Source: Octopus vulgaris (lineage: Eukaryota). Taken from it: 64,000 bases of DNA. The position numbers were made by a program, and so were the translations under genes. Where the stretch lies: positions 26,846,001 through 26,910,000 of the forward strand of contig OX597833.1 in assembly GCA_951406725.2 (NCBI GenBank). Reading direction: 5' to 3'. The notes beneath the pieces were generated by a model that did no database searches, was not told the DNA's origin, and saw only the letters and a list, made by a program, of their open reading frames with translations. This document shows positions 53,605 to 64,000 of the stretch, piece by piece (position 1 is the stretch's first letter; each line of letters starts with the position of its first letter).

Positions 53605-53910
53605 TGGAGATACACTGACCCAGGGGTTAGGGCAGCGGACTCGTGGTTTCGATTCCCAGCGAAAACACTTAAAGATCCACGAGGCTGCGGCAGGAGGTGG
53701 TTAGTGAACCCTGTTGTACTCTTTCTCTCACGCTTTCTTCCTGTTTCTGCTGTACCTGTATTTCAAAGGGCCAGCCTTGCCACTCTCTGTGTCACGATGA
53801 ATGTCTCCGAGGAATACGTTAAGTGTACACGTGTCTGTGGAGTGCTCAGCCACTTGCACGTTAATTTCTGATCAGCTGGAACCTAAGTCGTCGTAACAAA
53901 CAGAGTGCCT
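53605..53910 (+). mobile_element. tRNA-derived SINE (family C)
   Basis: GGTTAGGGCAGCGGACTCG..GTTTCGATTCCC head; tail GTGTCTGTGGAGTGCTCAGCC shared with 59952-60230. Confidence 0.75.
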
Positions 53911-53934
53911 TGATACACACACGCACACACGTTA

Positions 53935-54036
<102 letters not shown>

Positions 54037-54670
54037 TTTCGCATACACATATGTATGAACTAAGCGTACATTTGGTTTTGTGTATTCTTCAATTCTAATA
54101 TGATATAGATAGAGCTCCAGAAACTGCAAAAACATTCTAAAGCAATTTCATACGTTGTTAGACAAATAAATCTATAGAACAAACGTTAGAATTCGTAATA
54201 CTACATTTGGTCTCATCTCATTTACATATTTAAAGATATCAAGAAAAACGCAGTTTGACTACAATACACCACTGTAACAAAAGGTCAAGTAAGTGCTTTT
54301 TATTTTCTAGAGAAAGCTATTGTTCATGTATTCGCCTATTCTTTATAATAACTATATTCTCTCGTTACTTTTCCTCTCATTTTTGTTATTTTCTAATTTT
54401 TGTATATATTTCGTTATTTACTTTTTCCGTTATATTCTTTTGTGAATATCTTTTCGATTTGGCAAGTGCATTACATTAATTCTGAAGATAGTTCTTATAA
54501 AATATAACTAAACATTTTATTTTCTATTGTGTATGTGTATGTGTGTGTGTGTTTAAATATGTGTATGATTGCACTTAAACATGAACGCACATATATGTAC
54601 ACGCACACGCATGCACACATACGCATTACATACACACGCACGCACATATACAGACACACATCATATGATA

Positions 54671-54713
<43 letters not shown>

Positions 54714-54729
54714 CCTATACCAAAAGTAA

Positions 54730-55915
54730 AAGGAAAAGTTCGCTGTGGGACAAAACCGTTGTAGTTCAGGCTTCTACCTCTAGAAGCCACTTGATGCGAC
54801 CCTAAACCATCAGTGTGACAACTGGCGTCATCGGGTGTGCTGCCATAACATGCATCTTTATTTTGCAGTGCTTCTTCAATGTTCGTCGATTTTTGCAATG
54901 GTCGAAATGAAGGAACAGCGGGCTTCTGTGAAATTCTGTTTTCCACAGAAGAAAACAGAGACCAAAAACAGTCGTCATGCTTCAAACAGCTTACAATGCC
55001 GTTGCCATGAGCAAAACACAAGTCTATGAGTGGTTATCACGCTTTAGGAATGATCACATGTCGTTTGAAGACCAACGTAGTTCGAGGTGACCGTCACTTC
55101 CCGAACGAATAAAAACATCATGAAAATTCACGAAATGATCTTGGAGGACCGTCACCGAACAGTTGATGAACTTATTGATATGACTGATGTGTCCTTGAGC
55201 TCCTGCCAACGAATTTTGAGCGAGGAATTGCGAATGAAGAGAGTTGCATCAAAATTTGTTCTCTTGTTCACAAAATATCAAGAGGAATCACTATTGAAAG
55301 CATGTTGTGAACTGAAAAAAAAAAGAACAGATAGAATTTGATCCGAACCTTTTCGGAAGGTCATCACTGGTGACTAAAGCTGATGCTACGGCTACGACCC
55401 GGAATCGAAGCAGCAATCAAGTCACAGGAAGCATTCAATATCATCACGCCCCGCAAAAGCACGTCAAGTGAAGTCCAATGGCAAGACGATGCTGATTTGT
55501 TTCATTGATTTTAAACGAATTGTCCACACTGGAATTGTTCCTCCTGTTGAAACTGCTAATCAGATATTTTACTTGACAGTTCCGAAGCGTTTGCGAGACG
55601 CGGTGAGACGAAAACACCCCGAGCGGTTGCAACAAAGCACCTGCGCACACCACCTTGTGTGTGACACGGTTTTTGCCAAAAATGGCATGACTTCGCTTAA
55701 CCACTCTCCCTACTCACCAGAACTTGCTCCTTGCGACTTTTTCGGTTCCTGCGAATGAAAAAGCGTCCTTAAAGGAAAAAGTTTTGTAGATGAGGAAGAG
55801 GTAAAGAAAAAAAACGACCGAGGCGTTAAAAGGCCTCACTTCACAAGAGTTCCGGAACTGCTTTGAAGAGTGGGAAACGCGTCTAGACCGATGCATTGCT
55901 TCAAATGGAGGATAC
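54730..55915 (+). mobile_element. Mariner transposon with disrupted transposase (from about 54898); 3' end cut by a SINE
   Basis: EQRASVKFCF, MSKTQVYEW..RF, KRVASKFV, VITGD..CYGYDPESKQQS, HSPYSPELAPCDFF; frameshifts, stops and a deletion near the second catalytic Asp. Confidence 0.93.
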
Positions 55916-56056
55916 AGGTACTACTCATTTTTACCAGCTGAATGAACTGAAGCAATGTGAAATAAAATGTCTTGCTCAAGGACACAACACGTCAACGGGA
56001 ATTGAACTCACGACCTTACGATCGTGAGCTGAATGCCCTAACTACTAAACCACGCG
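55913..56056 (-). mobile_element. tRNA-derived CORE-type SINE head
   Basis: Reverse complement GCGTGGTTTAGTAGTTAGG..GAGTTCAATTCCC..GTGTCCTTGAGCAAGAC. Confidence 0.8.
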
Positions 56057-57142
56057 TACATATAATGAAATCTACTGTGATTTTCCATTCATTCCAGATA
56101 TACTTTTGTAACATAGCTTGAAGCTTTCTATCCGTAAATAAGCATTTCTCAAGAGAGCATAGGAAATACATTGCCTTTATTGTTCATAAGGTGAATATTA
56201 GTTACCCGCGTTTAGCTTAGTTGATATTCGTTACAGTATTCCATGCGACAAGAGGAACAGGCAAGCATCGACAATGTCTCTCTCTAACCAATATCCTAAC
56301 CGTAACCCTAACGAAACCCCACCAAAATTCCCTCCCACTGAGAGAAACTTGCAATTAAATGGTTGCAGTCATAAAGGCTATCTCTCTCTCAGTACAACCA
56401 ACCGCATCACAAAACACTGCACTGTGATAACAGCCAATATTTCAAGGGAAGATTTATGCAACACATATTCCTTTGAGCGTGTAGCCCCCACCACACAACC
56501 AATTCAGGCAAATAGTCCAAGACCAAGAACACAAGTTACCTAGCACCACAGAGAGCTTCTTTCACGGAAAACCTATATACTCGTATTCAAACATCGTATT
56601 CAAAATTCTACATTTTTTATCGACGGAATATACTGCAGCAGTCTACACTATGTATCCACAGGGAAATCCTGTTGCTGTCACCACGGATAAATTCAGTTAA
56701 TAAGCTTGAGACTAGTGTCCGCAAATAATCTAGAAAATCACCGTCAATTTCAGTTATAGTGCATACAATCCCTACTGTCAGCAGTAGATTACTTCCTTTC
56801 TACATTTAATCTTCGAGGCTCGACCAAAATTATAGCACGCATCTATGTTTGACATGAAAACCGACATATAACCTAGCACCAACTCAGAATGGTGAGTTGC
56901 TTCCAATTTTCATACGTTCGTTCATCAGCATACACACATTGCCACATATGCGTGTGTGAGTGTGTGTGTAAGCATATGTGTGTGTGTGCGTGCGTGTCTG
57001 TGTGGAGTGTTTGGGAGTGGGTGTGTGTATGTCTGTATGCATGTGTATATGCACGTGTATGCATATATAAGTACGTTTATATATATGTGTCCGTACCGAT
57101 AGACAGTTGACAATGTGGATTCGTTCCTCCAGGAGTGCAGCA

Positions 57143-57345
57143 GCCGTGGCTGTGTAGAAGGACTTTGGTTTCTAACGGTATTGTACCGAATTCAATATCG
57201 CTGCTTGGCACATTGGGCAAGTGTCTTTTACTATGGCCTCAGTCAAACGAAAAACGTGTGAATTGAATCGGTACATAGAAACTGAAAGAAGCACATACTT
57301 CATATATATATATAATATAAATAATATATAAATATATGCACATAC

Positions 57346-57400
<55 letters not shown>

Positions 57401-57585
57401 TATGGGTACAGGACATCAAAAAAACGTTGAACACAATGAGAAACGAAAACATAAAAACAAAAACATAGAAACGAACTATTTTTCAAACAACGAAAAAAAA
57501 ACCAGAGAAACGAGACATACAACACAAGGAATATTCCCCTTCTTCAGTTGTTCATGTTTCATCTACTCTGCGTTATGTATGTATG

Positions 57586-57654
<69 letters not shown>

Positions 57655-57790
57655 TATATATATAGATATATATATGTCTCTGTGTGTGAGAGAATGTCTT
57701 TGCCCTAGTACACCACAGATTGACAACTAGTATTAGCATGTTCACATCCTCAAAACTAGCGGTTCGTCAAAAAGAATAAGTATCAGGTTT
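57143..57790 (+). mobile_element. SINE family A with another repeat (about 57398-57560) inserted in its internal (TA)n
   Basis: Head 57143-57295, tail remnant 57695-57790; the insert matches 8490-8590. Confidence 0.7.
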
Positions 57791-58087
57791 GAAAAATATA
57801 CATGTGTGTGTTTTGTATCTGTATGTATACAAATATACCTATATACATATAAGTGTGTGCTTCCGTGAGAGAGTGCGCGTGTGTGTGTGTGTATCTTACT
57901 TTCACATGCATATTATATATGTCCTTCCCATAATCACGATATATATAATATATAATATTCATGTTATATACATATATATATATATGTTCCAGTTATTTAT
58001 TTGTGTGTCTATATACCTGGATAATGTATTTATATTATCCGTATATAATGTGTATGTCATATTTTGTTTATATATATAACTATGTGT

Positions 58088-58178
58088 GCGTGTGTGTAGA
58101 CTGTGAGTGTGCGCGTATGTGTGTGTTGTGTTTACATATAGTTACACACGCACAAACACATAAACATATATATGTATA

Positions 58179-58227
<49 letters not shown>

Positions 58228-58294
58228 AGACTGTGAGTGTGCGCGTTTGTGTGTGTGTTGTGTTTACATATAGTTACACACGCACAAACACATA

Positions 58295-58335
<41 letters not shown>
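58088..58335 (+). repeat. About 130-bp tandem duplication of a TG/TA-rich unit
   Basis: GTGTAGACTGTGAGTGTGCGCG..TTTACATATAGTTACACACGCACAAACACATAAAC occurs twice. Confidence 0.9.
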
Positions 58336-58339
<4 letters not shown>

Positions 58340-58379
58340 ATCTATATATTTATGTCTGTCTGTATGTATGTGTATATTA

Positions 58380-58457
<78 letters not shown>

Positions 58458-58573
58458 TGTAGTGTTTATTTCGTTGACATTTTGACTATTTCCTTTCCTG
58501 TGAACATGTATGTTTCAAGGAGGACACTATCATGGGATCAAGTTAGATCATTATTTTAATTTTTACGGATTGC

Positions 58574-58655
<82 letters not shown>

Positions 58656-59104
58656 ATCATCATCATGATGATCATCATCATATAATTGCTATGTCGCTTA
58701 TTTTTTTGTAACGCTTGTTGTTTGAGTGGTGCTTATTGTCAATTAGTTGATGATATGACGCTGGAACTATTATTGATCAGTGGATGTATCTGCGTTTAAA
58801 TTGACATATGGAGAGACGCAGGAGCAGAACTATGACCTGAATGATGCCATATACTAATGTAATAAGAGATACGAGGAAGAATTTTGTCACCAATCAACTG
58901 ACTGCTTGATCCTTGTTTCCTTTCAATGCCATATGATGTGTGTATTTGTATCACCTTTTAAACATAGACATTGCCGTCACATTGTTCGATTACTATATCA
59001 TACGATTAGTGCTTTTTCATATACATGAAAGCGTACACAAAGACACTCACACACACAAACACACACATATGCATATACACGTATAAACATGCATATATAC
59101 TATT

Positions 59105-59241
59105 TTATTTTTACTATTTTACATGTTTCAGTCATTTGACTGCGGCCATGCTGGAGCACCACCTTTAGTCGAGGAAATCGACCCCAGGACTTATTTTTTG
59201 TAAGCCTAGTACTTATTCTATCAGTCTCTTTTGCCGAACTG

Positions 59242-59243
<2 letters not shown>
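59105..59243 (-). mobile_element. SINE family A 3' tail
   Basis: GTTTCAGTCATTTGACTGCGGCCATGCTGGAGCACC..TTTTGCCGAAC. Confidence 0.85.
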
Positions 59244-59286
<43 letters not shown>

Positions 59287-59338
59287 GTGAAGGGCAGAAA
59301 TGGAGCTGAACGAAGATTCTACAAAATTCCTTTTATTA

Positions 59339-59422
59339 TTTTCTACACATGTTTCAAAGGCTGCAAATTTCCAAATTCGGATTGAATAAGGAAACCATTT
59401 TGCAGCTTTCTCTTCAGGAAAA
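59339..59422 (-). ncRNA. Type I hammerhead with extended stem II in a solo Naiad-type terminal repeat (about 59285-59445)
   Basis: Minus strand: TTTTC-CTGAAGA-GAAAGCTGCAAA-(loop)-TTTGCAGCCTTT-GAAAC-ATGT-GTA^GAAAA; (TA)n on both sides of the unit. Confidence 0.8.
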
Positions 59423-59457
59423 TCCAGGAACGTATAAATTTTTAAACATATATGTAT

Positions 59458-59492
<35 letters not shown>

Positions 59493-59951
59493 ATATATAT
59501 ATATATATATATTATGTATATATATACACACACATATATATATACATATATATATATGTGTATGTGTTTGTGTGTATTTGTGTGTGTGTACTGATAATTA
59601 TATATATGCATATAATTAAATATATATTTTTGCTTATACATATATTTACTCACAAATACACACAAACGCACATACACAGCTTTATTCTTTTGGTATGTAA
59701 TCTTTTACTTGTGTCAGTCACTGGATTGCGACCATGCTGGAACCGGACGTGCTTACGCAAACACAGACACCTTACATTGTATGTCTGCATAGGCGTGTGA
59801 AGTTTTTGTGCAACGCGTTAAGCCAAAATACTCCAGCATTGCCTTGTAACATCACCACTGGTCGGTCCTATTTAAACAATTCATAGCGTAAATACCTATT
59901 TCTTCTTATGATTGATCACGCGCGTAGTACAATACGCTATCATATTAAATA

Positions 59952-60230
59952 CTGGCACCCGTCGGTTACGACCACGAGGGTTCCAGCTGATTCAATCAAG
60001 GGACAGCCTTCTCGTGCAATTAACATGCAATTGGCTGAGCACTCCACAGACACGCGTACCCTTCACGTAGCTCCCAGGAAGATAGAGCGTAGCATAGAAT
60101 ATGATAAGGCTGCCCCTTCGAAATATAAGTACAACACATTTTTTGCCAGTTGAGTGAAATAAATTGTTTTTGCAAAGGACAAAACGTGCTGCCGGGATTC
60201 GATCTCACAACCTTGATACTGTAGTGTATT
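59952..60230 (-). mobile_element. tRNA-derived SINE (family C/CORE-like)
   Basis: GGCTGAGCACTCCACAGACAC tail and GGGATTCGATCTC B-box complement. Confidence 0.75.
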
Positions 60231-60894
60231 CTTAGGAAAGACCGTAGACGCCTTGTATGTAAATATATATATTTACACACACGCACACATATGATATACA
60301 TATCAAAATGCAAGTTCCCGCGAAACAGACGGAAAGAATATGATTCAGGCTTTAAAAAATGTACTGGGAGCAATTCGTTCGACTAAAGTTTATCAATTGA
60401 TGTCCCAGCATTTGGATAAAATATATTACTTAGTTACACCACCTCACGCGTGCGTGTTTAACAATACTTGAATGTCACTCATATAACGAAGTTTTAAAAT
60501 TTGATTGAATTGTTAATTTTTCAGAGATTGTGTAATTCGTGTTATTCTTAACTAGCGTTCGTCCTGGCAGGCGTCAGCGTTTTCGTGTCAAACCGCAACC
60601 ACTCACCACAGATTTCCTTCGGATACGTAGGGAAACATATAGCGTTCTAAATACTGGTTGTAATGGCAACTGAAATCTATACTACGATATATTATGGTGG
60701 GTGCATGCATGTAAGTATGTATCTATTTTTCAAGTTGTAGGCCAAAGCTTTGCCTCAAGATAGCTGAAGTTCTGCACTGCTGCACATCTCTTCAAAGAAA
60801 TAGCCATAGACTATTTGAATCTTTCTGACATTTCTTTAGTTTATGTATCCTACCACACAGCTACGAATATTCTATATGCTCAAACACTGCAAAG

Positions 60895-60992
60895 CAGGTC
60901 AGAAAATTTCTGAGTAAGTGAAGCGTAATACTAATACATCTGTTTGTTTTCTGCACCACCTGTCTTCGTCTTTTGTTTTTTTCGTGAATTCT

Positions 60993-60996
<4 letters not shown>
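60895..60996 (+). mobile_element. Partial Neptune-type terminal repeat
   Basis: CTAATACATCTGTTTGTT..CACCTGTCTTCGTCTTTTGTTT matches 35680-35745; ends at (TA)n. Confidence 0.7.
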
Positions 60997-61037
<41 letters not shown>

Positions 61038-61162
61038 CAATAATAAATCTTTGAGCGAGATATAAACAGTAGCAGCCCGACATCGTGTAGTATCTTTGCC
61101 ACCTAAATATGTGTCAATAGTCAGCAGGATTAGCCACATTTAGGTGGCAAATATACTTCACG

Positions 61163-61204
<42 letters not shown>

Positions 61205-61220
61205 TTGTGTAACGTAACAG

Positions 61221-62030
<810 letters not shown>

Positions 62031-62089
62031 TATTTTTTCTTAACATTGGGTGCACAACTAAAAGAGTCTTGTTCCACTGCGATAAGGTC

Positions 62090-62242
62090 CTTTCTATTGG
62101 ACTTTCTTCTCTTTCTGAAGAAGAGCGTTGCTCGAAACGTTAAACCATTTTCCTTTCCTTTCTGAGCGTCTGCTAATAGTTTACATATACCACGTCCTCA
62201 CGTTCTTGTTTTTTTGTGTTCGTTGTTCTTTTTCGGATGTAC

Positions 62243-62243
<1 letters not shown>
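62090..62243 (+). mobile_element. Solo Penelope-like terminal repeat with minimal hammerhead (62112-62145)
   Basis: TTT-CTGAAGA-A-GAGC-GTT-GCTC-GAAAC-GTT-AAAC; colinear with 50260-50420. Confidence 0.8.
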
Positions 62244-62304
<61 letters not shown>

Positions 62305-62995
62305 TGTATGTATGTATGTATGTATGTATGTATGCATAAATATAAATTTATGCATGTATATCTATGATTAAGTGTACTTGTGTGTATGTACGAGTGTGTG
62401 TGTTTATATGTGCGTGTGTTTCTGTGTGCCTGCTTGTCTCTTTACATATGTATACACAGGACTACAAGTATGTACATGCAATTTATTTCCCTTTACCTTT
62501 GTATCGTTACTGATTTTATCGAAGTCATTGTTGTTTGCCTATCATCAATTTGTGATGGCAATACAATAAAATGCTTTCGGCTGTTACAACATTGTCAGTT
62601 AATGTTGCTCTTACCGTTGTTGCTGTCGTTGTTGTTGCTGCAACGTAGCTAGCTTCAGAAGCAGTGTGTAGTATGATTGCTCTTAATTCTCAGAAAGAAG
62701 TAGCAATGGTGTCTTGTATTTTCTTGCTTTTGTTGTGGTGCTGTATTTGACTGAAATTGGCGGTAATAATTCAGGATTCTGTACATTTAATGACAATGTT
62801 TGCTATTTAATTTTTACCCTCCACCTTCTCTTTTTGTTTTTCACTCCCCTTCCTCTCAGGTTTCGGACATTTCTCATGCACTTATCAGTGAAACTCGTTT
62901 TGTCAAATGACAAATATACGGGTACACGCAAACTTACAGACACGCACATATATGTGTGTGTGTATAAAGGTATAATTATAGATATATATATAATA

Positions 62996-63073
<78 letters not shown>

Positions 63074-63105
63074 TGTATAAATGTTAAAAGATATACATAT
63101 GTGTG

Positions 63106-63158
<53 letters not shown>

Positions 63159-63890
63159 GTGTGTACGCATATATATATATATATATATATGTTATAATCT
63201 AAACTGCGTCCTCGTGAAGCACATCTGTATATTCCATTCCCATAATCCAAAATTGCATGTTGGAGTTATAATTGTGTGAGACATGCACAAGAGTTTAAAA
63301 ACACAGGAAAATATGTTTTCCAGAGTAATTACAAGTCAGAACAGGTGACTTGAATTTGTTTTTGTTTTAGTATCATTTATTCACAATTACACATGTTTCA
63401 TTTGCTAATAGGCGTGTCCCCTATTAGCGATTCTACTTCGATAATCAAATAATACAGGATTTACATTGTTTGAAGCTTCTATATACAGCCAGTAATTAAG
63501 ATTCTTGTATATATAATGGTGGAAGCGTTTTCAGATATGGATGTAATAAACGTAAGCTCATACGCATTCAAATTCATGTGTACATGTACCTACACATACG
63601 CGTGCACACACACACACACACACACATACTTACATATATACATACACACACACATACACACAATGATGGACATTCAATATCATTCAGGAAATGCTTTTTG
63701 GCTACTTCCTTGGCAAGAACACAAAAATTTCTTATAGACAAGAGACACCCCTTCCAACACTCTCTAACACTTTGAACTCAGTAACAAACTATATTTAAGG
63801 AAGACTTCAACGAAAATCCTCCAGACCTGTTCTTGACCCCCGGACAGAAGAAAAACTGTTTTTACTTCAAATTTTTATAAATTTTTACTG

Positions 63891-63928
63891 ATATTTGATA
63901 AGATGAGATTCATCGAAACCGCTAATAT
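63891..63928 (+). ncRNA. Degenerate hammerhead-like motif
   Basis: ATAT-TTGATAA-GATGA-GAT-TCATC-GAAAC-CG-CTA-ATAT; stems pair but three core positions differ from consensus. Confidence 0.3.
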
Positions 63929-64000
63929 TTTGTTTAAATATTTTTTTATTAAATTCCCCCTTCAATTGAAATGTCTTAGGCTTACTTCTGTGATATTTGC

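Noticed and set aside
63190-63230. Similarity to the mariner 5' region at 54758-54790
   Set aside because: About 35 bp with mismatches; too short to call an element.

Overview
AT-rich eukaryotic (animal) DNA saturated with microsatellites ((TA)n, (TG)n, (CATA)n, (AAT)n, (GAT)n, (GATA)n) and decayed transposons. The SINE/LINE mix strongly resembles an Octopus genome; this is an inference from pattern recognition, not from a search. No host protein-coding gene, rRNA, intact tRNA or CRISPR array could be supported, and almost all ORFs in the track are microsatellite translations. Recognisable content: tRNA-derived SINEs of at least three types; restriction-like-endonuclease (Dong/R4-type) LINE fragments; Tx1/L1, RTE and CR1 LINE fragments; Penelope-like elements (PLEs) of two clades (Naiad-like and Neptune-like); a mariner pseudogene; mariner and hAT MITEs; Helitron remnants. 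The most notable signals are: (1) about ten hammerhead-ribozyme motifs in two architectures, mostly on short solo PLE terminal-repeat units sitting in (TA)n, including a shared CUGUCGA core variant and a conserved downstream motif; (2) apparent partitioning of microsatellite targets among retroelement families (AAT, CATA, TA); (3) a Dong-in-Naiad nested insertion that makes an in-frame chimeric ORF; (4) several perfect or near-perfect fold-back palindromes at element junctions. Element boundaries are by eye and approximate unless stated.
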